From: Eledone cirrhosa
Taxonomy: Eukaryota
Reading direction: 5' to 3'
Assembly: GCA_964016885.1 (NCBI GenBank)
Contig: OZ024741.1
Coordinates: 75,578,001-75,642,000, forward strand
DNA length: 64,000 nt
The notes below the pieces were generated by a model that saw only the letters and a program-made list of their open reading frames with translations, did not search any database and was not told the DNA's origin. Each line of letters begins with the position of its first letter. The first letter of the stretch is position 1. Positions 38,140 through 51,795 of this stretch are shown here, one piece after another. The translations under genes were made by a program, and so were the position numbers.

Positions 38140-40180
38140 AATAAATCTGTACTCCAATGTTACTAGGTAGTCGCATTGGATGGAGTCAACCGACGTCGGA
38201 GATTGCTCAACGTATAATAAAATATAGTAAAATATGCTTTAAAATCCGGAGAAAATATGAAGAAGTATATGAAACGGAAATGCGGGTATAAAGAATTTAC
38301 TAGGTAACAATTGTTTCTATAGTGTGTGGGTTACCTATACCTCGCTATTTGTATAATATAAAAATATTATCATAAATCGTAGGTACACTGTAAGAGAACA
38401 CACCATGTCGTCAGACCTTTATGGTAGAATGATAGGAGAATATTTTATACACTAGATATGTGAGAAAGTAGGAGGTAGGAAGGGAAGAGGAAGAGGGAAG
38501 CGAGTAAGGGGGAAGTAGTCTTAGGATTCAAGACTGTCAGAGTAGTAGAGATTGTATAGGAGAAAATGTTTTGGCAGCAGTTAGCTAAATGAGACGTGTT
38601 AGGGTTGGCGGGGGAAGTAAATTCTTCTAGTGGTGTTGTTTGGACAAAATTTAGTTAAAGGGGTCAATGTAGTACAGAATTATAGACAAGTTACTGGGGC
38701 TATTATAGTAGCCGGATATTTCTAAAGGGGTCTAAAAAAACAGTGTTTAGTGCTATTATTATAAAAAGCGATATTGTGTGTATAAACATATAAAAATATG
38801 AAATAAAAATAATAAAAATTTGCAAATGGTGGTGTAAAAAGATAACATTATACGCATTTAAAAAAAGAAAAAGTCGTTTTTAAACGATGGTTACAGTAAA
38901 GTGAAAGTTCAATTTTGCTGTTCAAAAGTTTGTTTTCCGACGTTAAAATGCAGTATATCTCCATATTGCATAATTTACAAAATCGGTGATTTTGCTTATA
39001 TGCTGGCCGAACTGTAATAATTTGCCAATCAAGGGAGAATGCTTGATTGTTCTTCCGAAGCTGCCAGGCTTTATCGGCGAGGGTTGTTACGGAGCGCATT
39101 TTCTCATGCTTGATCGAAGATCGATGTTGGTATAGGCGAGCTTTGAAAGATGTTGCGGTACATCCGACGTAATACCATTTGTTGGTTCCGGAATTTATTG
39201 TACATCGGTAGACAATATAGCGTGTTAGGCATTGGTTATTCAATGAGCACGAACCTGGTTTAGTGCAGTTACAGTTATTTTTATGTTTTGTAGTAGTATC
39301 CTGGATAGTTTGGTGGGGTTGTAGCTGCGTGTTAGTGCGTTGTATGTCGCTATGCTGGTGCGCTGTGTCATTAGGGATGTACTTATTTAGTATTGTTGAG
39401 TTGAGTTTTTTAATTAGTTGTTCTATTTTAGGTGCAGTGGAATATGAGAGTCTAATGGTGCGCGAGTTTAAGATTTTATAGTATTTATGTGAAGTTGTAA
39501 AGTGTTTATTGATCAGTGTATAGAATTGTGAGATAATCTTAGTGCTAATAGAAATATTGTACACGGGGTTATACCATATGTACTCTCTACGTCTAACTCT
39601 ATTTGTTGGTTTGCACCTATTATTATGCCTATTAATGTGTCTGTGTGGTGCAATACTAGTTCGACTTAGATGTGATTTATTCATAGTACCTATGTGGTTA
39701 TCTTCTAGATATTCTATTTTCTCGCAGTAACCAACTTTTATAAGTGCGTCGTTATAATATTCAGCATGCTCGTTGAAGGTCTGCAAATTAGACGATAGTC
39801 GAGAGATCCTTATGGATATATTTTTAGGGATAGATTTAATAATGGAATGTGGATGGTTCGATCTTACATTAACGTATTTGAGATTTTCATTAAGTTTGTG
39901 AAATGGCTTTATATTACCGTTATTAAGGTTGAAGGTGACATCCAAGAATTGACCACTTTAAGATTGTGTTCGAAGGTAATACTAAGTCCTAGTTCTAAGA
40001 AAAGTTTCCTAATGTTTTTACGTCGCCTTTCTAGGTTTTGTTTGTTCATATTTTTGACTAATAGGAGTGCATCATCACGGTAGATTCCGCCGTGGAGGTC
40101 AATAAATTCGCTCTGGAGTCTGTGAGCTATATAGATTCCAACCAAATCCGTAACTTCCGCCGAATCATTAGAACCGTGAA
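38140..40180 (-). mobile_element. Penelope-like element, 5'-truncated
   Basis: GSNDSAEVTDLVG..IYRDDAL; frameshift to 365-aa ORF 38848-39945 (SNHP, WYNP, CNC, IVYRC..YVG..CKLC). Confidence 0.92.
38302..38418 (-). ncRNA. Type I hammerhead with long stem II insertion
   Basis: AGGT-CTGACGA-CATGGTGTG..CACACTATA-GAAA-CAATTG-TT-ACCT; first stem II pair mismatched. Confidence 0.7.
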
Positions 40181-41063
40181 ATGGGAAACGTGAAATAGCA
40201 ACACGCATATGCAAAGATTGAGGAATGTAGCTGTGTACTTTTTCAATTCCCATATTCTTAGGAAATGATTGTTCATCTACTGGAAACGTAGAACACCAGC
40301 AGGCCGAATCCAGTAGCAGCAGTGTCAGTGGGCTGATTGCGGAAATCCTGTATGCAAAAGGAGTAAGTGTTGTGGGGCAATGTATGTCGTAAGTCTGTTC
40401 ACAAATTACGTCACATATGGGGAACACACGTCAGTCTGAAGGAGCGACGTAGTCAATTGTGTGAAAACCAAGTAGGGATGTACGTTTAAGTAGGGATATT
40501 GAGATGACAAAATCAGCGTGACAATGCAGCTGCAGCTGAAGGGGGTCATAGTGCAATTAGCACAAATGCGGCACTGGTTGCACTGCGTTTACACAGCAAC
40601 AAAGGTGCGACAAAAGGGGTCACTGCGGAATTAACACAACCACTGTTCGGCGTACTTGCACAAGGTGTTCATACTATGGTGTAGGTGCAACAAAAGAGAT
40701 CTTAGTAGAAGTAGCACCGACGTGAGTTTTACGGTGTCAATAACACGGCAACGTACACAGGGCCCGGATTTGCGCATGATGAAAGCACGAAGCGTCAACA
40801 GGGCGCCAACAAAAATGTTAAGGTCCTCCTCATTTCCTCAATCCCCCGAAAATGGTCCTACTTAAAAGTAAGTAAGTGTTGTGTCCTCTGTTAAATAAAC
40901 CAATTTTTTAACAAAAATACACTACTTACGATGTTTAAGTAGCGTTTATATTGAAAATGAAAATGGCATGTAATGCTCAAAGCTAATTCGTAAAGTTCCT
41001 AGAAACCATTAATGGAATCAGAATTTATTTTTTGTCCACAGCAATGCGAGGGGACTAACTAAT

Positions 41064-41316
41064 GTGTGCTGCAAATTTCGAGGAAATCGGCTGGATTATC
41101 TTTAAGTTACGCCTCAAAGAAGCCTAAAAATGCCTAAAAAATGCGATTTTTAGCCTAATGCAGGCCCTAGGGCAGAAAAAGTTAAAATCTTTTTAACCCA
41201 TTGCACTTCAAGAAATATAAGTAATGCATGTGTAAAGTTTGATAAACGTCGGTCGGGTACTTCTTGAGTTTTAGGGATTTACACAGACAGACATCCTCAG
41301 TTTTATATATATAGAT
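41064..41316 (-). mobile_element. Helitron-like 5' end
   Basis: Minus strand A|TCTATATATATAAAACTGAGGATGTCTGTCTGTG; CCGAC..AAACTTT and CCGATT..AAATTT subterminal motifs. Confidence 0.45.
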
Positions 41317-41986
41317 GAGGGGCCCATCGAACCTGAACTACTCTGGGCCCCCAAGGTCGGAAACTGATTATGCACATAGGCAGCATATTTCATTATAAAT
41401 ATGTAATAAAAGGGTTAATGTGTTTGTTTATATTTAAAAACCTTCTATCACAATTATGTCAGAAACTTTAGTTTCTGACATAATATCCAAATACTAGTCT
41501 TAATAATGAAGAAGTTTGTTATATTACTAAATTCCTTCAAAGTATTGATTATCTTCAAGATCAATTGGAACACTAGTGTATTTTATAAGAAATGTGATAA
41601 CAAAAGGGTTAACAACTTGCAAACAGTTCTGGTTTCTGAACATTTTTAAATATAGATAGATATGTTGGTAGTTGTGCATTATCTAAAAACAATATTCCAC
41701 TGCACATTGCAATAATTGTCTTGAATCTGGTCCAGCTTTATGTTAATTGTTATCAATGCAAAGTTTAAATCCTAAACATCTCATGAGGAAACATTTGCAA
41801 TATTGCCAGGAGACCTGGTTTTATACATGTAGAACTTCTGCTTGCAGATTTCTTATACTTTCTAGACATATATGGATTTTGTTTGTTGCTATGGTAACTT
41901 AAGTACTGGTGTAATTGTACTCTTCTGTCTCAACTGGGTTATATTGTTTTTTGTTTCTTTTTCATTAATACTACTAATACTAATGG

Positions 41987-42342
41987 TTTCTTTATTAGCC
42001 ACACAAAGCTAACATTAAGCAAACATTAGAGATGGCAATACCGGGTGAGTTTTTGTATTTAACAAAAAGTTATAACAAAAAACTTAAAAGATAAACATCT
42101 AAAAATCAAAAACACAAAAACATATTTCCCAATAGGAAAAGAAATCTGAGGGTCACAAAAGCAACAGCACCCTGATCCTTTAGAGCAAGTGCCCTCTCCC
42201 AGTTGTCTTCCTGCACTTTACAGGTCCATACACAGAGCAGGCCCATTCACTTGGACCATTCCACCTTTCAACAAAATGGTTAGAAGTTATCACTTTTATT
42301 TCTACCCTGATTTTTCCCTTCAATTGAAACCTGAAAAAGTTA
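41987..42342 (-). mobile_element. Old Tx1-family 3' fragment; others at 57035-57255(+) and 59827-60237(-)
   Basis: Similar to 45318-45700 (GCAAGTGCCCTCTCCC, CTACCCTGATTTT, TTTCTTTATTA); the 59.8-kb piece matches 45820-46300. Confidence 0.75.
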
Positions 42343-42344
42343 AT

Positions 42345-45022
42345 TAGGGCTTCACTGAAGAAGAAAATGCTTGCACACCATCTGGGCCTGGTGATTTCCA
42401 GTTGGTTAGTTTTTTGGCCTGTCCTTTAAGGGTTTCAATTGTGATACTCAAATCAAGTTGTTGGTGTGCTTGTTCACTAATCTTCTTTTGAACTGTCGCA
42501 ATCCACACTGCCTGACTATTATGTTCAGCATCCTGCACCCATATTCCTCTCCAGAATGTCTGCCTCAGGGATCACATCGTTGCATCTTTCTTTCCCTTCA
42601 AGCTGTTCAAACAACATCTTCTGGTTGTTGTCAAACTTGCGGTTCTGTCTATACTGACTAATTCTGTTCTCATACCGCCTAATCTTTGCACTTTTTGCTA
42701 CAATGTGTTGCTTCAGTTCCTCTATGATAACATTTAGCTCTTTCCCTCTAGTTTTGTAATGTCCCATTCAGTAAAGACTCAAGCTTTCCAATGTCTTTTC
42801 TCATTTCCTTGATTTGACCATTCAGTCGTTTCTTCCACCAATAATATTAAAAATATTAACATCCCTCCACCCAAAACTGACAACCATGTTCAATGACTGC
42901 TTGGTGTCAGGTGAAGTATCAGAGTGGTTGACAAAAGGTACCACAGTTCTGGTAATGAAAGACCGAATCAGGGGTAATGATGTTACCAACTATAGGCCTA
43001 TCACATGTCTGTCCGTAATGTGGGAACTGTTAACAAGCATTGTGTCTGAGGAAATCTACCATCACCTCCACATAAACAACTTGTTACCAGACGAACAGAA
43101 ATGATGCCAAAAGAAGTCCCGTGGTACAAAGGACCAGTTACTGATTGATAAGATGGTAATGAGGAATTGCAAGAGGAGGCACACTGGTCTTGCCATGGGA
43201 TGGATAGATTACAAAAAGGCATTCGACATGGTACTTCATTCTTGGATCACCAAAAGTCTAGAGATCTTCAAGGTGGTAGATAACATCAGACAGTTGTTGA
43301 GCAAAAGTATGAAGTCCTGCGAAACAGAGTTAACATCAGGTGGAGAATCCTTGGGAGGCGTGAAGATCAAGAGAGGTATCTTCCAGGGAGATAGTTTGTC
43401 CCCTTTGTTGTTTGTCCTTGCCCTGATACCCCTATCCATGATGTTGCGAAAAGTGAGAGCAGGATACAAATTGGGAAGGGGAGAGCTTACCATCAACCAC
43501 CTCCTCTTCATGGACGATCTTAAACTCTTTGGGAAGAGTGAGGAGTTGGATGTACTTGTTGACACTGTCCGTATTTTCAGCAATGATATATATATATGGA
43601 ATTTGGTGTTAATAAGTGTGGAGTCCTAGTGATGAAGAGGGGTAAATTGAGCAGAAGCAACAAATCCAGGTGCCAACAGGTGAGATGATAAAGGAAATTG
43701 ACACTGAAGAGGGATACAAATATTTAGGTGTTCTGGAGACAGATGACATCAAGAACAAAAAAAAATGAAGGAATTGATAAGATCTGAATACATAAGGAGA
43801 ATAAGGAACATATTAAAATCACATCTAAATAGTAGGAATGTCATAAGTGCAGTGAATTCCCGAGCTGTCTCTATTATTAGGTACAGTTCAGGAATTCTGA
43901 AATGGAATATTGCTGAACAAAAAGAAATGGATAGGAAGACTAGGAAGCTATTGACTATCTACAACATGATCCACAAGAGGAGTGATGTTGATAGACTCTA
44001 CTTAAAGAGATCTGAAGGTGGAAGAGGTCTTATCAGCATAGAGGACTGTGTTCAGATGGAGAAAAACAACCTGCACAAATATGTGGCTGACAGTAGGGAA
44101 CCAATGCTCAAAATTGTACTGAAGGAGAAGACAATAGACCAGGGGAGGTCCAAGGAGGAAATAACAACAAGGAAGAAGAGCAACCTTCATGAAAAATCCC
44201 TTCATAGCACCTTCTTTAAGAAAACGGAATTTAGAGATCCACAGCCATGGAACTGGTTAAAAAGAGGAGACCTTAAAAAGGCTACAGAAGGAATGCTAAT
44301 GGCTGCGCAAGAGCAAGCCCTCAGAACGAAGTGGGTGAAACACCATATTGACAAGGAGGAGGCTAGCTCACTGTGTAGGATCTGTGGAGAGAGAGAGCAG
44401 ACTGTGGCTCACATTGTATCCGAGTGTAAACACCTAGCCCAGGCTCACTATAAAGGCTGGAGACATGATGTGATAGGCAGGGTGATCCACTGGCACCTAT
44501 GCAAAGTAAACAATTTACCACATTCTGAGAAGTGGTATGAGCATAAGCCAGAGTCGGTGATAGAAAACGATCAGGTGAAGGTGCTATGGGGTTTTAGGAT
44601 ACAGACGGACAAGAAATTAGAACACAATAGGCCTGACCTGGAGCTTTTGGACAAGGAAAAAAGATCGTACCTGATTATAGATGTAGCCTGCCCATTTGAC
44701 AAGAGAGTACAAGAAAAGACGAGGGAGAAAATTAACCGATACCAGGATTTAAAGTGGGAGATAAAAAAGATTTGGAACTGCCATGAAATTAAGGTCGTCC
44801 TGATTGTCATAGGTGCACTAGGTACTATCTAAAAGAGTTTCCAAGGATGGTTAGAGAAGATTAGTCTAGCCCCACATTTTCGAACACTTCAAAAGGCATG
44901 CTTGCTGGGAACAGCAAGAACCCTCCAATACATCCTGAATGTCTGAGGCTGCAGGTAGTGACTTGATATTCCTTTCAACAAGCCTTCCAGTTAAATAACA
45001 TCAATGACTGAGACTCTAAGAA
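42345..45022 (+). mobile_element. R4/Dong LINE family D1 with inverted 5' segment (42345-42840)
   Basis: [37 protein letters not shown] and REL across ORFs 42814-44832 with stops and frameshifts; (AAT)n tail. Confidence 0.93.
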
Positions 45023-45037
45023 CAATAATAATAATAA

Positions 45038-45298
45038 TTGTTTCTACTTTTGGCACAAGGCCAGCAATTACCCAGTACATTACTGGTACTTTATTTTATC
45101 GACCCCGTAAGGATGAAAGGCAAAGTTAAACTCGGCGGGATTTGAACTCAGATCGTAAAGGGACGTAACTCTTTGCGCCAAAGCATGGCATCCGACCCTC
45201 TACCGATACTGCCAATCCAATAATAATAATAATAATAATTGTTTCTACTTTTGGCACAAGGCCAGAAATTACCCAGTGCATTACTGGTACTTTATTTT
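45038..45298 (-). mobile_element. SINE A full copy plus truncated copy in (AAT)n
   Basis: 45038-45219 full, 45239-45298 3' end only. Confidence 0.88.
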
Positions 45299-45563
45299 AA
45301 TAATAATAATAATAATGCTTTCTTTATTAACCACAAGGGTTTACATAAAGTAGATATTAAGGACAGTACAGGACAATACAGGACGGTACAAATGGGAATT
45401 TCTGCGTGTAAAAAAAGCAAAAACAGAGGATGTAACAAAAAAAGAAACTATGAAAAATTCTCCAATAGGGGGGAGACTTTGAGGGCCATCGTGGAGAAAT
45501 CACATTAAAAAGCCACGGTGACCCTGACCACCAAGGCAAATGCCCTCTCCCTGTTTTCCACCT

Positions 45564-48500
45564 TCAATTTACAGGCACATACTCAGTAATATTCACACGG
45601 GCCATTCTTGCCTCTCTCACCCATCTTTCAACAAAATGCTGGGAAGAGAGCACTTCCTTCTCTACCCTGATTTTTCTTTTTAAATGAAATTTGAAAAAGT
45701 TAATCAGGGCATCAGCGAAGAGGTAAGTGCTCGTCTTCAGCCCTTTCAAACGCGTCCACCATACTATCTTTTTCGCCGTGGCCACCAGACAGATAAAAAT
45801 TGCCGGCCATTCCCGGCTAAAGGAAGAGGGGGGGGGGGGGGCAATCCTCACGATGGACTCAGCCGGATCCGTCCTACATGCGACAGCATGTGTTCGACAT
45901 AAACCCACAAGTCAGCAATGCTCGGACATTGGACGAGTGCGTGCAGGACGGTTTCGTCGCCCTGCGCGTATCTCGGACATGCCCGGCTGACGGCACCTCC
46001 ATGCCTGTAGAGTTTATCCCGAACTGGCAAAGCTCCTTGGTAGCACTGCCAAGCTAGGGATTTCTGGAAGTTGTCCATAGGCCCCGGCCCGAAAGTTCTT
46101 CCGAAGAGATTGGCTAGTTGATTTTCGTCGATGCCTAGACTTTCCCCAAGTACGTAGTCGCTCTTCCCCTCCACTAATTCTCTATAGAACGCCAAGGTGG
46201 AGTTTCCACCGATCACATTGCCCGATTGGTCGAGAGTGTGAGCGCCTGAAGACATTCCAATCTCCAAGCGCTCCATCTCGGTCTTTGCTTGACCCAGGAC
46301 TGCAGCTCCGTCAAGGAGACGAGCTGGAGAAAGACGCGTCTAGCAAACGGCGACCACACCTGATCACCGTCGAGGAACAGGTGGAGATGTCGTAGCCTGA
46401 GTGCGTGTCTGCGCATTATCAGCCACGGCATGCCCAGCCCTCCACGTAGCGGGTGTTGACAGCAGATGGGCCGCCTGACCATCGGAGCACGTCCCTTCAA
46501 CAAAAAGCGAAAGAGCAAACGCTCCAGCGCAGTCAGGCGAGGCTTAAGACAAGGCACGACGGTCAGGTGGTAGTAGATGACGGATACGATGTACGCGTTA
46601 GCCACCTCCGCTCGACATTTAAGGGATAGCTTCCTCTCCGCCCATTTCTGGATGAGAGAAGCCACTCTGCTCGTCACCTCGTCCCAGTTTTTGTCCGTCT
46701 GGAGGTCCGGACCGAACCAGACCCCTAGCAATTTAACCGGTCCGTCCGTCCAGCACCCGACGATGCTGGTGGACGGCATGGACCTGCCTCTCCTGGTGCC
46801 GAGCTGCTGGCCCACCGACTTTTCCTGGTTGATCAATGCTCCTGTCACCGCTTCGTATTCTCTTAGTGTAGTGCCGATCGCCTCGATGTGTTTGGCGTTC
46901 AACACCACTACGGTGACATCGTCCGCATATGCTGACACGGATCTTCTGCATCCTAGTTCGCGCGGGACCCCCCCTCAACGTCTCCAGTTTGTGCAGTAAT
47001 GGCTCGAGAGTCAATACGTACAAGAGGGACGAGAAGGGAATCCTTAGCGGACCGAGCGCATGATGTTGAACGGTTCCGAAAGGTGACCGTTCACTCTCAC
47101 CACAGAGCAGATGTCGCTGTGCATGGCAGCGATCCAGCTTCTGAATATGGGCCCAAAGCCAGCCGCCCTCAGGACTGCCGCTAGATAACGATGGTCGACC
47201 CTATCGAAAGCTTTTAACTGATCTAAATTGATCAAGGACCCACCCGTGCCAGGTTCCCTAGCTACCCTCTCCACGATGTATCGCATGAGGTGGAGGTTGT
47301 TGTGGATGGATCTGTCGGGAATGGCGCATGTCTGCGCCTCTCCCACCAGACCACCAACGACAAGCGCCAACCTCTTTGCTAGCACCTTGGCCAAAATCAT
47401 GAACTCTGTGTTTACCAGAGTTATGGGCCTGAAATTATCTATGTTATCCCCCTTGTTCGGATCCTTTCTCAGCAGCGCGACCGCTCCTCGGCTCACAGAG
47501 CTGGGAAATTCTCCCTTGCCAGTTGCAGTAGACGTCCGCCAAGAGGCCTCCGAACAAGTCTGGCATCTGTACGTAAAGTTCATAGGCAGACCATCCAAAC
47601 CAGGCAATTTACCCCTTGTGCAGCCAGTCATTGCCTCATACTTCAGCTGCTGTTATCGGCTTTTCGCAACACTCCGCCTCAGTGGCCAAGAGCCGCGGTA
47701 GTCCGTCGAGGTAGACATTAAAGTCCATCCCTCGATCCGGCCCTCCGCTGCCCCCGAACAGCTGAGCGAAGTGTCGCTGAAAAGCTTCACACATTTGCTC
47801 GGGATCTAGTAGCATGCGCCCGTCGTGGTCCACCAAAGACCGGATCATGGCTTTGTTGCCACGACGCGCCTCTGACACTCGGGCCCATTGAACGGCTTTC
47901 GTCCTCTCGTGTCTGAGAGCACGCGCCCTAGCTCTGACAACGCAGCCTTCGTGCTTTGCATTGAAGAATTGGTCAAGGGCCAATTTCGCCGCAAGTACGT
48001 CGGTCGCGATGCCTTTGCTAAGCGCCTCATCTAATTTTCTAATTAGTTCTCCCTCTGCTCTATTTTTCTCTATTGCTAAAGCCTTACTAAACCTAATGGA
48101 CTCTATTCTAATCGCTCTTTTCAGAGCAAACCACCACTTGTTGTTGACGATGGCCCCCGTCAACGCCCGCTTAACTAGTTCGCTAATCCTGTCTCTGTAG
48201 GTCTTGCGCGCTGTTAATGGGGTGTTTAGCTTCCAGTAGCCGGGTCTTTGTCAATGAAGCCTATCTAAGTCAACCACACATATCACAAATTTGTGGTCCG
48301 TGTAGCTGACTATCTTGAATTGTGGACAGCCTATGCTAGACCTATCTATTTCCCTACAAAATACTCTATCTAGATATAATCTGGATGACCCGATGCGGTT
48401 TGTCCAAGTCCACATTGGCACATTCGGGAAATCCAATCGGTACCTGTCAGACAGTTCAAAACTCCTGAGCAGGTTGGTGAGGCTCTTGCACCCTCCTCCC

Positions 48501-48973
48501 CTATCCGCTAATCCCACACAGTCCCAGCGTGCATCTAAGATCCTGTTCCAGTCGCCCACTACCACTAAAGAGCAGGACGTTCCAAGAAAGGTCTCCAGAC
48601 GCCGGAAGAAATCAGGCCACCCTGCCCCTGTCGGGGCATAGACGGCCACTAGCCTGAAAGCTTGCCCGTCTCCGCTGGTTACGTCCAGCACCACCAACTT
48701 ACCTTCTGGGTCCAGGAAGATGGCGCGTATAGCGAGATCCAAACCTCTCCGAAAAAGCACAGCAACTCCACCCCCCGATCCAAGACGGTTGGGAGATGTG
48801 TACACATCGTAGCCGCCGAAGATCGGTGCGAAGGCCCGTGTTTCGGAGATTTTGGTCTCGCTGATGGCCACCACATCTATGTTTAGTGACCTGAGGTCGT
48901 TGAGCAGGTGGCCCGGCTTCCATGACGACTCCAAGCCACGCGCATTTATGCTGCCTATTCTGAGTGAGGTCAT
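45564..48973 (-). pseudogene. Tx1 ORF2 (AP endonuclease, RT, C-terminal Cys/His), disrupted
   Basis: SINARGL..SETK..VYAP..GDWN..LDRV..YTDH; PGLDG..FRPITL..DQLKAFDRVDH..AYADD; CPR..ETVLHAL..C. Confidence 0.92.
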
Positions 48974-51505
48974 GTTGAAAAGGAGTGGAAAAGATGGGAA
49001 AGAACACTCCTTACTTCTCGTAGAGGAAGGATGGTTTCTCCATCCTTCTCACTGCTTGTGGCCTCCTCCGGAAGGATGTCCTTGTAAATCCTCCTGGAGA
49101 GTGCTTGTCGGAAGTCTCCAATATCCTTGGGGAATTTTTGTTTTAGTTTCGTGTCCGTTTTCTGTGTGATGCGAGTGATTTGTATGTGTGGAGGTGGTGT
49201 GAAGTTTGGGGTGTTGTGTAGTCTTTTTCTGTGATGCTGGTGTTGTGTTGGATGTAGTGTAATAATTGTAATGTTGTTCAAATTTAATTGTTTCTACTTT
49301 TGGTACAAGGCCAGCAATTAACCAGTGTATTACTGGTAGTTTATTTTATCGACCACGTAAGGATGAAAGGCACAGTTAACCTCGGCGGGATTTGAACTCA
49401 TACCTTAAAGGGACGTAACTCTATGCTTCAAAGCATGGTGTCCGACTTTCTACCGATACTGCCAATCCGCCGTTGTTCAAATTTAATTGTTTCTACTTTA
49501 GGCACAAGGCCAGCAATTACCCAGTGCATTACTGGTACTTTATTTTATCGACCCCGTAAGGATGAAAGGCAAAGTCAACCTCGGCGGGATTTGAACTCAG
49601 ATCGTAAAGGGACATAACTATGCTGGAAAGCATGGCGTCCGATCCTCTACCGATACTGCCAATCCACCGACGTTGTTGTTCAAATTTAATGCTGTGTAGT
49701 GTGTATCGTTTTGGTTGTTTTGTTTGTGTTTGTGTTTGTGTTTGTTGTGGGTTTGTTTCTGTTTCGCTTTTTGGTGACTTTTGTGGTATTGGTGATGGGG
49801 GTGTTGGGGTTAATGATGGTGATGGTGTTGGTGTTTGTGGTGATGGGGTCGGTGATGCTGGTGTGGATGGTGGCATAGCTGTCCTAACCTTTTTGTTCGT
49901 TAGTTTATTTGTTTCCCTCTGTATTTTGTTTTTGGAGGGGGAAGGAGGAGGATTTTTTTTCTTTTTGGGGTTCTTTTTCTTTTTTCTTTTTTTCTTTTTT
50001 TCTTTTTTTCTTTTTTTCTTTTTTTCTTTTTTTCTTTTTTTCTTTTTTTCTTTTTTTCTTTTTTTCTTTTTTTCTTTTTTTTTTTTTTTCTTTTTTCCTG
50101 ATACAGTTTCCCACTCCTCGTCGTCACAATCTGTCTCCAGTTGCGATAGGTCGGGGAGTGGAAAATCCTCCACAGGCGTTGGTTTTGGTTGTTGCGTGGT
50201 GGATGGTGGAGGCGCTGGTGCTAGTTCTGGCACGGTGGGTGGTGGTGGTGTTGGTTTTGCTACTGTTGCTGGGGTTGTTGCTGCTACAGTTGCTTCTGTT
50301 GTTGCTGTCATTTCTGCTGCTGGTGGTGTTGATGGTTGAGTCACTAGGGTGGGTAAGAGAGGTGGCCTCAACTTTTTAGCCTGAGGGCAGAAAGCCTTTA
50401 GGTGGGTTCCTTCACCATAAACGACACACCTAGGCCTTCTACCCTCAACGATTACGGTGAGGGGGTTGCCGTCAGTGAGGTCTATCACCTCTGGAATTTC
50501 CTCAATGCTTCTTTGGTCTGCTTGGATCAGGAGCTCCATCCCAGATCCGGACCAGTTCTCCTGCTTTTCTTTTGTTATTTCAATTATATTCGTGTTGGTC
50601 TCGATGCCGGCAGCCATTAGCCATGGAATTTCGATAGCCGGTGGAACGTGGGTCACCCTGATCTTCACGAGTCTCTGGCCACAATAGCTTGGGACGACTG
50701 CGAAGTCGTCGCTTCTTAATGGGGCCATGGAGTGCTCTCTGGCTTCCTGTGATGTTCCAAAGAACACGTCCACGGTTCCAAATTTCTGCCCACGTCTGAT
50801 GTGGGGTTTTTTCGCCCACACATGTCCCAAACCTTTTTGTATTTGGGACTCGGATGCCCGTTCCATTCGGCGTGATTTTGTGTTTATCCTCCGATAAGAC
50901 ACGGTGCATAGGCGCCGATGCTCCATTTTATTAGGTGTGTGTGTGGGGGGGGATGACCCTGTACCCATCTTTTTTTACCATTCTTTTGGCTTCATTTAAT
51001 TCATCCTGGCTTACCTCGATTGTTTCGCTTTTCTTGGCTGCTTTGGCAAATGACACATTTGCGCCGGTGTTGATGTTTTTGTTGTTATTCTCATTGCTAT
51101 CGTTGTTGTTGTTGTTGTTGTTATTGTTATTTTTAGTTTCAGTTGTGGTGGAGGTGGTGGTGGTGTCAGTGGTGTTCGGCGTGGAAGAGTCGATTCTGGG
51201 TGAATCCATTTTGATGTCACGAGATAATAATTTATTCATTTTGGTTTCTGGTGTCGCTGTGGTGGTATCAGTGGTGTTCGTTGTTATTTTTGACATTGTG
51301 GTGGTGGGGTAGAGGCTTTAACACCTGCAGTTATTGGTAATGGCGGGAAATCCATATCTTTATGCGGCAATTCTAAATAATTCAGACTGATATTAATTAT
51401 ATTTTCAGTGTTAGGAACCGTAGCAAGGCTTACAATGGTGTTGGTGTTGGTGGTAGTGGGAGAGTGGGGTGTTAGTCTGTTAAAGACAGTAAATTTGTCG
51501 TCCAT
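48970..51505 (-). pseudogene. Tx1 ORF1 (degenerate zinc knuckle, Pro/Thr- and Lys-rich tail), frameshifted and SINE-interrupted
   Basis: SFAKAAK, VIVEGRRPRCVVYGEGTHLKAFCP, WETVSGKKKK; lies upstream of ORF2. Confidence 0.8.
49287..49670 (-). mobile_element. Two tandem SINE A copies inside Tx1 ORF1
   Basis: GTTGTTCAAATTTAAT occurs before, between and after the two copies. Confidence 0.9.
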
Positions 51506-51719
51506 GTTTTTTTTTCAAAGAAATATTTTGTTTGATAAATAAAAAAGTTTGTTTTGGGCTCAAGGCCCCAATATTTTTTTGTGTCCTTTTCAGAAAGCAA
51601 TATATGTGAACTTATAAACACTTAACAACAAAAATTTTCCATAACTGGCAATTTGAAACAACTGAAAACAACAAACCTTTGCGGAGCTCACGATAATACG
51701 ATTTCCTACGTAGGTCGCC

Positions 51720-51794
<75 letters not shown>
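51720..51794. repeat. (AAT)n tract shared by Tx1 and Dong 5' ends
   Basis: About 25 perfect units. Confidence 0.95.

Positions 51795-51795
<1 letters not shown>

Larger units (their letters stand above)
45318..51720 (-). mobile_element. Near full-length Tx1/L1-clade LINE, mutated, with (ATT)n at both ends
   Basis: ORF1 pieces 51505 to ~48970; ORF2 from 48973 with APE, RT and zf-RVT; AATAAA just before the tail. Confidence 0.93.

Noticed and set aside
41400-41615. piggyBac-like AAAAGGGTTAA ends (also ~24372; internal similarity to 37275-37335)
   Set aside because: Only one-sided termini found, so an element could not be delimited.
49620-50379. Long Phe/Gly/Val-rich plus-strand ORFs
   Set aside because: Antisense shadows of low-complexity Tx1 ORF1.
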